64,000 nt of DNA from Dehalococcoidia bacterium (lineage in GTDB: Bacteria; Chloroflexota; Dehalococcoidia; UBA2979): assembly GCA_045562675.1 (NCBI GenBank), contig JBJKVL010000008.1, positions 131,775 through 195,774 on the forward strand. The letters run 5' to 3'. Made by a program: the position numbers and the translations under genes. Below the pieces are notes generated by a model, which was given only the letters and a program-made list of their open reading frames with translations, did not search any database and had not been told where the DNA came from. Below are positions 30,396 through 40,743 of the stretch, piece after piece (the first letter of the stretch is position 1; each line of letters opens with the position of its first letter).

Positions 30396-32000
30396 ATGCT
30401 TTTAAATCGAAGAAACTTTCTTAACTTTTCTGGTATGTTTATGGCAAACTTAATGATTTCTGCTTGTACTGGCACAAAGCCTGAAACTAATTTTTCGTCT
30501 ACTGAGGTTATTAATTTGACGGAACCTGCGATTCCTCCTCGTCAACTGAGTAGTCAACATAACTATTTGATTGGTTGTTACAATATTTCAAATAACGATA
30601 TTCAGGAAAATTATATTAATCCATTAATCTATTCAACTTTAATTGATATGGATATTTCAACTGGAGATTTATTTTCTGATATTGCATCTAAGATTGAGAT
30701 ATTAAATCCAACTAATTATCTTTTTTCAATCCGAGATGATATTTACTTTCATCCAGATCAAAATGGTTATGCAGAAAGAATGACTATTGAGGACATTATT
30801 ATTGATTTTCAGATTAGAAAAGAAAACTCAGAGGCTTTTTTTTCTAAAGTCATAAAAGATATTAAAGTAATTAATAGCAAAATATTACTTGTGTTACATC
30901 AACCTTTTCCATATTTTTTTGAATATATTGCAAATCCATCGCTTACAGGCATTGGTAAGCCAGCATCATCTAATTTCAATCAGCAGCGAAGAGGCTCGGG
31001 GCCATTTCTGCCTCTTATGATAAATTCTGATGAATTTATTTTGGGAAGAAACGAGTTATATCATCAGAAAGAATTACCACTATTGAAAACTATAGTAATA
31101 AAAAATTATCCTGACATTAATATTTTAAGAAATGATTTTAATGAGAATAAAATCGACTTGATTTTTTCTGATGAATTTATAGAATCATTAAATTCAATTC
31201 CCTTGAACTATACTGAATTGGTGTTTCCATCAAAGGAACTAATTTATCTAGGTCTTTCTATGGATAATTATAAGGGCGGCAAACAAGTGAAATTTATAAA
31301 AGCATTTCAAAACCCTAAGGTACGTAAAGCTTTATCAATGTCTTTAGACAGAAAAAAATTAAGTGAAGAATTTAATGGATTTTTGTCTGGTCCAATCCCG
31401 CCTTCTTTTCCTCTTGATTCTTTAAATGTCAACGAACTTGGCTTAAATGAATTTATGAGATTTGATCCTGATACGGCAGCTGTATTATTAGAAGAAAGCG
31501 GTTATAAGGGATTAGAATTCAGGATAGATTTGCCTAACTCTATTTTTTTTAATCAGTTGGGGGGTGAGTTAATACGTCAAATATCAAATGTAGGTTTTAA
31601 ACCAAGATTGATTTTTCGAGATATTAACAAACTTCAGAAGAGTTTTCAATTGGGAGATTTTGAATGTATATTGTTTAATTATAATTATAATTTAAATCCT
31701 GATGATGGATTGCTAATTAATACCTCAAGTGGCAAAAATGGTCAATTTTCATATTGGGGATTTTCAAGTCCGATTTATGATCTAGAAGTTGAGAAATCTT
31801 TTTTGAATAATTTACCTACTCAAAGAGGTTCATTAGCAAAAAATGCCCAACAGATTTTATTTGAGCAAAGTCCTGCAATGATACCATTATTTTGCAAGGG
31901 TTCTAAAATTTTAGCTAGTCAAAAAATTTCAGGTTTTCAATATAATAAATTTGAAAGCAATATGAAGTTATATAGTAAATATTGGTCAAAATACTCTTAA
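30396..32000 (+). CDS. ABC transporter substrate-binding protein, family 5 (peptide/nickel type), Tat-lipoprotein
   Basis: 534 aa. Twin-arginine motif NRRNFLNF followed by the lipobox MISAC. SBP_bac_5-like core. Confidence 0.75.
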   Translation: MLLNRRNFLNFSGMFMANLMISACTGTKPETNFSSTEVINLTEPAIPPRQLSSQHNYLIGCYNISNNDIQENYINPLIYSTLIDMDISTGDLFSDIASKIEILNPTNYLFSIRDDIYFHPDQNGYAERMTIEDIIIDFQIRKENSEAFFSKVIKDIKVINSKILLVLHQPFPYFFEYIANPSLTGIGKPASSNFNQQRRGSGPFLPLMINSDEFILGRNELYHQKELPLLKTIVIKNYPDINILRNDFNENKIDLIFSDEFIESLNSIPLNYTELVFPSKELIYLGLSMDNYKGGKQVKFIKAFQNPKVRKALSMSLDRKKLSEEFNGFLSGPIPPSFPLDSLNVNELGLNEFMRFDPDTAAVLLEESGYKGLEFRIDLPNSIFFNQLGGELIRQISNVGFKPRLIFRDINKLQKSFQLGDFECILFNYNYNLNPDDGLLINTSSGKNGQFSYWGFSSPIYDLEVEKSFLNNLPTQRGSLAKNAQQILFEQSPAMIPLFCKGSKILASQKISGFQYNKFESNMKLYSKYWSKYS

Positions 32001-32009
32001 GCAAGTCTA

Positions 32010-32552
32010 TTAGTTGATCAAGCCTGTGAGCTGATTAAAGTCATCAATTATTTGTATATTTTTTGTTGTAGAAAATTCTTTATTATAATCCCATTTTCTA
32101 AAAAATAATTTACAATTAGCGCGCTCATTTAACAACTGAATAGTTTGAATGTCATCATCTATGTGCTCTTCTGATCCAATTTCTTGAATTTTCAATAACT
32201 TATAATGAGAGCTTCCAAAATTTGTTTGGTTAAAAATGATTTCTTCAAAAAATTTTCTAATGTTATTTTTTTCAAGCCAGTGAATTGGAGATGTTCTTCT
32301 GCCCGTCAATAGAATCAATTTACGACGTTTTTGTAAGACTTCAAGAGTTTCTTTAATATTAGGCAATATAGGACGATAGCTATATCTTAGTTTATCAGTA
32401 AAGTTTAAAAATATTTGTGGTGGAACAAAAGCTTTAGGTGGCTCAGAATCAGGATTTAAAATTGTTTTATTTATACCTAATTTGAATGGATATGGTGATC
32501 CACAAATTACTCCGTCCAGATCTATAGTTAAAATTTTATGCTGATTATACAT
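32010..32552 (-). CDS. HAD-superfamily hydrolase-like protein
   Basis: 180 aa. N-terminal DxDG motif (LTIDLDGVICG). Confidence 0.5.
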   Translation of the reverse strand: MYNQHKILTIDLDGVICGSPYPFKLGINKTILNPDSEPPKAFVPPQIFLNFTDKLRYSYRPILPNIKETLEVLQKRRKLILLTGRRTSPIHWLEKNNIRKFFEEIIFNQTNFGSSHYKLLKIQEIGSEEHIDDDIQTIQLLNERANCKLFFRKWDYNKEFSTTKNIQIIDDFNQLTGLIN

Positions 32553-33923
32553 TTATTTTCTTATTCTTTTTAAGGTGCTCATTAATTGGTTAGGTGAAAT
32601 ATTTTTGTTTTTTTCTAGTAAATTGTTAATAAGTAGTTGAGATTGCACTGGATGAAGGTTCTTTTTGGTTAGTAACAAATATTTTTCTTGAATTTGTTTA
32701 TTGTTGACTGGATTTTCTGGATCTCCAAGAGGATATAGAATATTTTTTGATATTTTTTGGCCATTTTTTAAATTCAAATGAACATTACTTGGCCATTTTT
32801 TTGGATAATATTTATCAAGAGAATGATTAACATTGAAAGATATTTTTTTTGCTAATGAGTTAATTTTTTTATTTTGAATAGTCTTATCAGTAAATTGTTG
32901 AGGACCCAGCTCACCATTTATTAATGCTGAAGCGATGCAAAAAGGCAAATTAAATTTTGCTGCATAAGGAGTGTTTGCTTCTACTCCTTCTAAAAGATCA
33001 AGAGCTTGTGAGTATATTTCGACTTTAATACTTTTAATGTCATCAATTTCAAAATCGTTTTGTTTTTTTATTTGTATAGCTCCTTCAACAGCTGGATGAG
33101 TATGGCGGCATGAGGCATACATTTTGAATGAAACACCAGTAATTTTCCATTTTTTTTGATTTACGGATAAGTTGTTTAGAATTTTTTTTGGTTTTGCATC
33201 TGGAGACATTGCTGCGAACAGGCCTTTTTCCCCTTCTAGAATTTGCGTTGCGCTAGTAAAATTATTTTTTGATAATAAGCATGCAAGTATTCCATCATAA
33301 GCTGCTTTAGCAGGATGTAATTGTTTTGACATTGCACCATCAGAAAGAAATTCCCATAATCCGCTAGTCATTGTTCCAGCTGAACCAATTGACATTAATG
33401 TTTGCATTTCATTTGCATTTGATAATCTACTAATTGCCGCAGACACTCCTATTGTTCCTGCGGTTCCAGTAGTATGCCAAAATTTATAATGATTTGGCCC
33501 TAATTCTTCTCCAATTCTTATCATGACTTCATAGCCAATAATAATTGCATCCAGCAATTCATTTAAAGTAGATTTTTTATATTCTGCATATGCTAAGCAT
33601 GCAGCAATAATACATGAACCAGGATGTGAAATAGAATTTCTATCTAGATCATCCATCTCAATAACATGTGCAGCTGCTGCATTAATGAATGCTGCATGCG
33701 CCACATTAGTTTTTTTATTTTTAAATAGTACAGTTGATTGATTATTACCTCCTAAACTAGAGATAGTTTTTTCAATGCTCCTTATTGGCAACATGCTGCT
33801 TCCAGCAATTACTGATCCTATCCAGTCAACCAAATATCTTTTAGCAATTTTTCGAGTAACAGGATCTATTCTTGCGTTTACAACAAATTTTGATATTTCT
33901 TTTGATACGAGTTTTTTTGTCAT
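32553..33923 (-). CDS. MmgE/PrpD family protein (2-methylcitrate dehydratase-like)
   Basis: FINAAAAHVIEMDDLD, HPGSCIIAA, WHTTGTAGT and MYASCRHTHPA motifs. Likely start is the internal ATG (MTKKLVS). The ORF track starts at 33998. Confidence 0.8.
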   Translation of the reverse strand: MTKKLVSKEISKFVVNARIDPVTRKIAKRYLVDWIGSVIAGSSMLPIRSIEKTISSLGGNNQSTVLFKNKKTNVAHAAFINAAAAHVIEMDDLDRNSISHPGSCIIAACLAYAEYKKSTLNELLDAIIIGYEVMIRIGEELGPNHYKFWHTTGTAGTIGVSAAISRLSNANEMQTLMSIGSAGTMTSGLWEFLSDGAMSKQLHPAKAAYDGILACLLSKNNFTSATQILEGEKGLFAAMSPDAKPKKILNNLSVNQKKWKITGVSFKMYASCRHTHPAVEGAIQIKKQNDFEIDDIKSIKVEIYSQALDLLEGVEANTPYAAKFNLPFCIASALINGELGPQQFTDKTIQNKKINSLAKKISFNVNHSLDKYYPKKWPSNVHLNLKNGQKISKNILYPLGDPENPVNNKQIQEKYLLLTKKNLHPVQSQLLINNLLEKNKNISPNQLMSTLKRIRK

Positions 33924-33992
33924 AAAGTTATTATACAATTTGTTTAAATATATATGCTGAGTTGTCATATAATTTGATAGTAGAAAAAAATA

Positions 33993-34982
33993 ATGCAAGC
34001 TGTTGTAATTTCAAAACCTGGTTCTCCTGATGTTTTAACGGTCGAGGAATTCCCTGATCCGACTATTACTAAAAATGAAGTGCTTATTAAAGTTGTTGGC
34101 GCAGGGGTGAATCGCGCTGATCTTTTACAAAGACGAGGCATGTATCCTAGTCCTGAAGGTTTTCGAGATGAGATACCTGGCTTAGAGGTATCAGGAATCA
34201 TCGTTCAAATAGGTGAAAATGTGCCAAAAGAATGGAAAGAAGGTCAAAAAGTGATGGCATTAGTTGATGGTGAAGGCTATGCATCAATGGCTGCGATCAA
34301 TCACAGGATGTTGATGGAAGTACCATCCGACATTGAGATAATTCATGCTTCTGGAATACCAGAAGTATTCTTAACTGCTTATGATGCACTTGTTATACAG
34401 TGTGGAATGAAATTGCAAGATAAACTATTGATACATGCTGTTGGCTCGGGCGTTGGGACAGCTGCTGTTCAAATAGCGAAAGAATTTGACTGTCAAATTT
34501 TTGGTACAGCTGGCGATGATGCGAAAATAGATTTTGCTAAACAATTGGGTTTGCAACATGGAATTAACTACAATGAAGAATCTTTTCTTGAACATATTAA
34601 ATCCACAACCAATAAAAGTGGAGTTGATATTATTTTAGATGTAGTTGGTTCTGGTTATTTGGAAGATAACGTTAATAGCTTATCTGTGAAAGGTCGATTA
34701 ATCATCATAGGTCTTTTGGGAGGAGATAAAGCAAATATTCAACTAGGCAAGATATTAAGAAATCGACTGCAGATAATAGGTACAGTGCTTAGGTCTAGAA
34801 CATTAGAGGAAAAAATTAATCTAACTAATCAGTTTAAAAATGATTTTCTATATAAATTTTCACAGAAAAAAATTCATCCAGTTATTGATCGTGTATATCC
34901 ATATCATCTTGCTAATGAAGCACATGAATTAATGGAAAATAATGCTAATACAGGAAAAATTATTTTAGATTTTACTACTTAA
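33993..34982 (+). CDS. NAD(P)H:quinone oxidoreductase, PIG3/zeta-crystallin (MDR) family
   Basis: 329 aa. GVNRADLLQRRGMYPSP...IPGLEVSG and AVGSGVGTAAVQIA. Confidence 0.82.
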   Translation: MQAVVISKPGSPDVLTVEEFPDPTITKNEVLIKVVGAGVNRADLLQRRGMYPSPEGFRDEIPGLEVSGIIVQIGENVPKEWKEGQKVMALVDGEGYASMAAINHRMLMEVPSDIEIIHASGIPEVFLTAYDALVIQCGMKLQDKLLIHAVGSGVGTAAVQIAKEFDCQIFGTAGDDAKIDFAKQLGLQHGINYNEESFLEHIKSTTNKSGVDIILDVVGSGYLEDNVNSLSVKGRLIIIGLLGGDKANIQLGKILRNRLQIIGTVLRSRTLEEKINLTNQFKNDFLYKFSQKKIHPVIDRVYPYHLANEAHELMENNANTGKIILDFTT

Positions 34983-35899
34983 AATAAAATATTATTCTTC
35001 ACAACCCATAGTATCAGTGTAAGTGTAAAAAAACTAAGTGTTGTTGAGCCTACAACAATCATTGAAGCTAATTGAGGCTTTGCATCAAATTCAGTAGCTA
35101 AAATAATTGTAAATACTGCAGTAGGTAAGCCTGCTGAAACGATTAATACATTACTGTATATTTCAGGTAAATTAATCATCTGAGTTATCAAAAACATAAT
35201 TATTGGAGCAAGTATTAATCTAAAGCTAATTGCTGAACATGCATCTTTGATAGATTCAATTTCAATGCCCTTATAAATCTGTAGACCAAGTACAAGAAGC
35301 ATGACAGGAATTGCAGCATCACCAAGGAAATTAATTGATTTCATAATTGTATCAGGCGTCTCGATATTTGCAAAATTGAATATAACTCCTAGAATGGAAG
35401 CATAGACCATTGGATATTTTAATGGTTCTAGCAATGCGGCTTTAGATACAAAAGAAGCACGTGAAGCCACTAATACGTTAACGGTTGAATAAAGCGTTGT
35501 ATTTGCTACAAGAAAAATAATTGCAACTTCTAATCCAGTTTCTCCAAAACCTAAATATCCTATAGGTAATCCCATATTCCCAGCATTAATAGTTGTTATT
35601 GACAATGAAAAACTAGCTCTAGTTTTTTCGTCATGTTCCTTGCTTCTAATCTGACTCCAGATTCGTGCATAAATAAAACCAAGAAAGAATAATCCCCATG
35701 TTGCTAAAATCACTTTTAGGGCTATATCATCACTAACTGTAGACTGCGATAATGAACGAAAAATTAATGCTGGACTAAATAAATAAAATACAGAAGCTGA
35801 TATGGATTTAATATCAATTGATTTGAATTTACCTAATATGATACCGGTTGCAGCAATGAGATATACAGGCAATATAACTTCTAGTAAAATTGATATCAT
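34979..35899 (-). CDS. AEC (auxin efflux carrier) family permease
   Basis: 306 aa with about 10 TM segments and a typical AEC N-terminus (ILLEVILPVYLIAATGIILGK). Confidence 0.75.
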   Translation of the reverse strand: MISILLEVILPVYLIAATGIILGKFKSIDIKSISASVFYLFSPALIFRSLSQSTVSDDIALKVILATWGLFFLGFIYARIWSQIRSKEHDEKTRASFSLSITTINAGNMGLPIGYLGFGETGLEVAIIFLVANTTLYSTVNVLVASRASFVSKAALLEPLKYPMVYASILGVIFNFANIETPDTIMKSINFLGDAAIPVMLLVLGLQIYKGIEIESIKDACSAISFRLILAPIIMFLITQMINLPEIYSNVLIVSAGLPTAVFTIILATEFDAKPQLASMIVVGSTTLSFFTLTLILWVVKNNILF

Positions 35900-35919
35900 A
35901 GCAATCTTTTATCTTTATT

Positions 35920-37050
35920 TTATCTTTCATCTATTGGGATATATTTTATTTGCTCTGGTCCATTATAATCTAAAAGTGGTCTGATTAAAATATTATTTGT
36001 ATATTGTTCGATAACACTGATTATCCATCCAGGTATTCTGCCGATTGCAAAAATTGGTACAAAAAATTCATGTGGAATATCAAGTAAATAATAAATTACT
36101 CCAGCATAAAAATCAACATTTGCAGCCACACCTAATCGCTTATAAGGCTCCATCTCAATTTCAACTGCTTCTAAAATTTGCAACCATTGTGATTCATTAA
36201 ATTTTTCAGATAAATCTTTCACTCCTTGTTTTAAATGTTTTGCGCGTGGATCCTCTGTTCTATACACTCTATGACCAAAACCCATAATTGGTTTTTTATC
36301 TTTTCTTTTTTCTTTAACATAATTTTTTGCATTTTCAGGTTTTTCAATTTCTAAAGCCATTGTCATGACATTTTCTGCAGCCCCTCCATGAGCTGGTCCA
36401 GATAAAGCAGCTATTGCGGCTGTAATGGATGCGTATAAGCTTGCACCAGTACCGGCAACAACTCTTGCGGTGAATGATGACGCATTTGAACTATGTTCTG
36501 CATGAAGAATAAAGTCTTTATCAATTAATTGAGCTTCATCTGGCGATGGCTTAGTTCCACTCATCATATATAAAAAATTTTCCGCATGAGTTAATTCTTT
36601 GTTTGGATGTATGTATTCTTGATTTTCTCTGAATCGTTTATGGCAAGCAACAATTGTAGGTGTTTTTGCAATAATGTCAGCACTTAACTTTTTTATATTA
36701 CTAACTGAAGTTAAATTGTCATTTTCTATACTTCCTAAGTAAGAAATAGATGTTTGTAAGACGTCCATAGGATGTAAGCTTTTCATTTCTTTAATCAGTG
36801 CTACTAATTCATCTGGTATTGATCTTTTTTCTGCAAGTAATGACTTATAAGCATCTAATTCATTTTGATTTGGCAAATTTCCTTCAATTAATAAATAACA
36901 TATTTCTTCAAAAGTTGATTTTTCAGCTAAATCATCAATTGAATAACCACGATATAAGAGTACTCCTTTTTTACCATCAATGAATGTAACATCGGAGCGA
37001 TCAAAAAATACCCCTTGCAAACCTCTATGGATATCATTTGTTTCTGACAT
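35920..37050 (-). CDS. citrate synthase / 2-methylcitrate synthase (type I, about 375 aa class)
   Basis: 376 aa. LHAEHSSNASS and GFGHRVYRTEDPRAKHL catalytic motifs. Confidence 0.88.
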   Translation of the reverse strand: MSETNDIHRGLQGVFFDRSDVTFIDGKKGVLLYRGYSIDDLAEKSTFEEICYLLIEGNLPNQNELDAYKSLLAEKRSIPDELVALIKEMKSLHPMDVLQTSISYLGSIENDNLTSVSNIKKLSADIIAKTPTIVACHKRFRENQEYIHPNKELTHAENFLYMMSGTKPSPDEAQLIDKDFILHAEHSSNASSFTARVVAGTGASLYASITAAIAALSGPAHGGAAENVMTMALEIEKPENAKNYVKEKRKDKKPIMGFGHRVYRTEDPRAKHLKQGVKDLSEKFNESQWLQILEAVEIEMEPYKRLGVAANVDFYAGVIYYLLDIPHEFFVPIFAIGRIPGWIISVIEQYTNNILIRPLLDYNGPEQIKYIPIDER

Positions 37051-37060
37051 TTTTACCTTC

Positions 37061-37078
37061 CATTGAAAAATTTCAATG
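37061..37078. promoter_or_regulatory. perfect palindrome CATTGAAA-AA-TTTCAATG between the acyl-CoA ligase and citrate synthase genes
   Basis: Read directly from the sequence. Lies about 10 nt upstream of the citrate synthase RBS on the minus strand. Function unknown (operator or intercistronic hairpin). Confidence 0.25.
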
Positions 37079-37092
37079 ATTAAAAGAAATAA

Positions 37093-38832
37093 TTAGTCAT
37101 CCTCTAAAGTTGATGTATCACCCTCAGGCAAACCAAGCTCTCTAGCTTTTAAAAGACGTCGCATAATTTTACCAGAACGAGTTTTAGGTAAACTCTCAAT
37201 AAACTCTATTTCTCTTGGCGCTGTACCTGGCCCTAGCTTGTTTCTACAGTGACCTATCAGTTCTCTTCTTAAATCTTCGCTTTGTTCAAAACCTTCCGAT
37301 AATGAAACAAAAGCCTTCACAATCTCCATTGCGACAGGATCAGGTTTACCAATAACTCCTGCTTCAGCAACAGCGGGATGTTCAATCAATGCACTTTCAA
37401 CTTCAAACGGACCCACTAAATGACCTGCAGTATTAATCACATCATCATCTCTACCTATAAACCAAAAGTAATCATCTTTATCCTTCTTCGCCCTATCTCC
37501 AGTAATATACCAATCTCCTTTAAATCTTGATTGATATCTTTCTTCATCGTTCCAGTATGTCCTAAACATAGAAGGCCATCCTGGTTTTACCGCCAATTGC
37601 CCCTCTGTATCTGGCTCAGTAATTTCTTTAAAATTATCATCAATAATCGCCACTTCAATTCCTGGGAACATTTTTCCCATTGAGCCAGGTCTAATATTCA
37701 ATGAAGGATAATTTGCAACCATAATTGCTCCTGTTTCTGTTTGCCACCAATTATCATGTATAGGCAGATTAAAGGCTTCTTCACCCCAGACAACTCCTTC
37801 AGGATTCAGCGGTTCTCCAACAGACATAATGTATCTTAATGAGTCAAGCTGCATACTTTGAGGCAGTTCACTCCCAGCCTTCATAAGCAATCTAATTGCA
37901 GTTGGAGCAGTATACCAAACAGTAACATTGTGCTTCTTAATTACTTCATACCACTTTCTAGCACTAAATCCTCCTTCATAGATTACACTTGTTGCTCCAT
38001 TGCTCCATGGAGCAAACATTCCATAGGATGTTCCAGTAACCCACCCAGGATCAGCTGTGCACCAATATATATCTTCTTCATGTAAATCGAGCACATATTT
38101 ACCAGTAGCAAAATGGCTTATTAATGCATTGTGAACATGAGCAGCTCCTTTTGGGAGCCCTGTAGTTCCTGAAGTAAAATGCATAACAGCCCAATCTTCA
38201 GCAGTAAATCCACTAATTTCAAATTCAGTTGACGCATTTTTAACTAATTGATGATAATGCAAGACACCTTCTAATTCTTCTGCATCTGACCTATGAGATA
38301 TAACGATAATATTTTTTAATGATGGTAAGTCATCTTTAATAGCATTAATTTTAGGTAGCAAATTAGGAGTTGTTACAATATATTGCCCTTCAGCCCTATT
38401 AAATCTTTCTGCAACTGGTTCTGGACCAAATGCAGAAAATAAAGGCGCAATGATACCACCAGCTTTTAATACACCAAAACATGCAAAATATAATTCTGGA
38501 ATACGATCTGTAAAGAAAAATACACGGTCACTTTTTTGCAATCCTAATTCATTCATAGCATTAGCAAATTTATTTGATTCATCACGAAAATCACTGAACG
38601 AATAATTTTCTATCTCATCTTCAGCGCTTTGCCATATAATTGCTAGCTTATCTGGATTAGCCTCTGCATGTTTATCTATACAGACATAAGCTTGGTTAAA
38701 TTTCCCCTTAGGGATATTCAATTCACTTTCAACATTATCCCATGACCAATCTTCACTAGCCTTGCGAAGATTTTCTAAATTAGGCGATATTACATTTGAT
38801 TTTTTATTTTTTTTTATTTCAGCATAGTCCAT
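37093..38832 (-). CDS. AMP-forming acetyl/short-chain acyl-CoA synthetase (AcsA type)
   Basis: 579 aa. AMP-binding motifs HFTSGTTGLPKG, YWCTADPGWVTG and WYITGDRAKKDKDDYFWFIGRDDDVIN, plus C-terminal PKTRSGKIMRR. Confidence 0.85.
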   Translation of the reverse strand: MDYAEIKKNKKSNVISPNLENLRKASEDWSWDNVESELNIPKGKFNQAYVCIDKHAEANPDKLAIIWQSAEDEIENYSFSDFRDESNKFANAMNELGLQKSDRVFFFTDRIPELYFACFGVLKAGGIIAPLFSAFGPEPVAERFNRAEGQYIVTTPNLLPKINAIKDDLPSLKNIIVISHRSDAEELEGVLHYHQLVKNASTEFEISGFTAEDWAVMHFTSGTTGLPKGAAHVHNALISHFATGKYVLDLHEEDIYWCTADPGWVTGTSYGMFAPWSNGATSVIYEGGFSARKWYEVIKKHNVTVWYTAPTAIRLLMKAGSELPQSMQLDSLRYIMSVGEPLNPEGVVWGEEAFNLPIHDNWWQTETGAIMVANYPSLNIRPGSMGKMFPGIEVAIIDDNFKEITEPDTEGQLAVKPGWPSMFRTYWNDEERYQSRFKGDWYITGDRAKKDKDDYFWFIGRDDDVINTAGHLVGPFEVESALIEHPAVAEAGVIGKPDPVAMEIVKAFVSLSEGFEQSEDLRRELIGHCRNKLGPGTAPREIEFIESLPKTRSGKIMRRLLKARELGLPEGDTSTLEDD

Positions 38833-38870
38833 TGCTGCTCCTCTAGTAGGCAGGTAATTTAGTGGTTTAT

Positions 38871-39035
38871 TTATCTTTTACCTTTTGTTTCAATGAAAGT
38901 TGCTTTTTCTTGAAATTCTTTGCAGTCAGCACATAAGACAGATTTTTCTCTAAATAAAATTCCATCTTTAATAACATATTTGCCACAAATAGCACATTTG
39001 CCTTCTGGTCCATTTTCACCGATTTTAACTGTCAA
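38871..39035 (-). CDS. small Cys4 zinc-ribbon protein (54 aa), missing from the ORF track
   Basis: TTG start preceded by AGGAAA. Translation is MTVKIGENGPEGKCAICGKYVIKDGILFREKSVLCADCKEFQEKATFIETKGKR, with CxxC...CxxC pairs. Ends 38 nt upstream of the acyl-CoA ligase gene on the same strand. Confidence 0.5.
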   Translation of the reverse strand: MTVKIGENGPEGKCAICGKYVIKDGILFREKSVLCADCKEFQEKATFIETKGKR

Positions 39036-39226
39036 TATTATTTCCTATATAAATTATTATTTGCTAACCATAAAATAATATACTTTTATCAGATTTAATG
39101 CATTAACTCTGGTAATCTTTTCTTTATCAAAGCATTCTGATGCTTACCAATTGCATGTAAGTAGATTAAACTTTATGATTATCAGCGTTCATTTGTTTTT
39201 ATTTATTTTTTATAAGGAATTAAACT

Positions 39227-40687
39227 ATGGATTTAAAAGAAAAATGTTTCGATTTATTACAACGTTCAGATTTTTTAACACTTGCCACTAGTGTATCTGG
39301 GAACCCCTCTGTAGCTAATGTTTATTTTGCTAATGATGGTTTTGATATTTATTTCTTTACTTTTAATCCAACAAGAAAAGCTGTGCAAATTAATTTCAAC
39401 TCTCAGATTCAATGTGTTATTCGACCTGAAAACGAAGAAGGTATTAAGGAGTTACAAATTGATGGCTATGCTACAAAAATTTCTGATAATAATGAAAAAG
39501 CAAAAGCTAAACAGGCAATTTTAAATGTCACTAAAGCTTTTGAAGTTTATATGAATGATGATTTTTTAATTGCTAACGATGTAGTTGGTTATTATAAAAT
39601 TCAACCAACTACAATTAAATATGTTGACTTTTTTGCAGAAACAAAGTTTGAATGGATTGAATTTCCAGAAAACAAGCCTGGTTTTATTAAACAGTTCGCC
39701 AGTGGAATTTTGAACAAATTGAAATATTTTATGACTATTGTTCGTGCTCCATTTTTAACTGCGACTATTGCCCCAATACTTTTAGGTTCTTCAATTGCAT
39801 ATTGGGAATTTAGCCAATTCAATTGGAATATTTTTTGGCTTACCCTTTTTGGTGGTATTCTTGCACATTGTGGGACTAATATGATTAATGATTATTTTGA
39901 CCATACTTCTAGGAATGATGAAGCAAATAAACTTTTTTCTCCATTTAATGGAGGCTCTCGAGTGATTCAGTCGGGCTTGATGGCACCGATGAATGTTTTA
40001 ATCGGCTCTTTAGTTTGTTTTTTGTTTACAATTATCATTGGACTTGAATTAAATTCTCAAGTTAATGGTTCATTTTTTGCGACTTCACCTTTACTTTATG
40101 TTGGTATCATCGGAATCTTTCTAGCTATTATGTATACCGGCTTTCTAAGATTAGCTTATAATGGCCTCGGTGATTTGGCTGTTTTTTTAGGTTTTGGTCC
40201 AGTTATGGTTTATGGTTCAGCATATATACAGAATCAAGCAGTTGATTTTTTAACAACTATGCTCGTATCTATTCCTGTAGGAATATTTATAGCTTTGGTT
40301 TTATTTATTAATTGCTTTCAAGATTATAAAGCAGATAAATCAACAAATAAAAATAGCTGGGTCGTTAAATTAGCTGGCCCTGATGATAAAGCTAATTATC
40401 GTAAACCATTTAATGTTTGGCAATTTTTTATGATTGTGGCTTTCCTTTTTATTGCATTGAACGCGATGTTTATTAATGCTTTAACTGGAATTGCATTATT
40501 GCCTATGGCATTATTTTATTTTGGATTAAAAAAGGGCAGAGCTTGGCTTATCGAATGGGAAAAAGAAGATGCTAATGTTGACTATCTTCCTTATGAATTA
40601 TTGATTGTTAATGTCTCTACAATAGGGACACATTTTTTAACAGGAGTTTTGCTTACAATGGGCTTCTTATTAAGTGCTTGGTTGTAA
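39227..40687 (+). CDS. fusion protein: N-terminal pyridoxamine-5'-phosphate-oxidase-like (FMN-binding split barrel) domain + UbiA/MenA-type polyprenyltransferase
   Basis: 486 aa. Residues 1 to about 150 (LLQRSDFLTLATSVSGNPSVANVYFANDGFDIYFFT) look PNPOx-like. Residues from about 170 on have about 8 TM segments with NMINDYFDHTSRNDEAN and FQDYKADK, the Asp-rich UbiA motifs. Confidence 0.7.
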   Translation: MDLKEKCFDLLQRSDFLTLATSVSGNPSVANVYFANDGFDIYFFTFNPTRKAVQINFNSQIQCVIRPENEEGIKELQIDGYATKISDNNEKAKAKQAILNVTKAFEVYMNDDFLIANDVVGYYKIQPTTIKYVDFFAETKFEWIEFPENKPGFIKQFASGILNKLKYFMTIVRAPFLTATIAPILLGSSIAYWEFSQFNWNIFWLTLFGGILAHCGTNMINDYFDHTSRNDEANKLFSPFNGGSRVIQSGLMAPMNVLIGSLVCFLFTIIIGLELNSQVNGSFFATSPLLYVGIIGIFLAIMYTGFLRLAYNGLGDLAVFLGFGPVMVYGSAYIQNQAVDFLTTMLVSIPVGIFIALVLFINCFQDYKADKSTNKNSWVVKLAGPDDKANYRKPFNVWQFFMIVAFLFIALNAMFINALTGIALLPMALFYFGLKKGRAWLIEWEKEDANVDYLPYELLIVNVSTIGTHFLTGVLLTMGFLLSAWL

Positions 40688-40743
40688 TTCATAGACAATC
40701 AAGCAAATAATTAATGGTTACCATTATCATAAAGGTCACTAAC

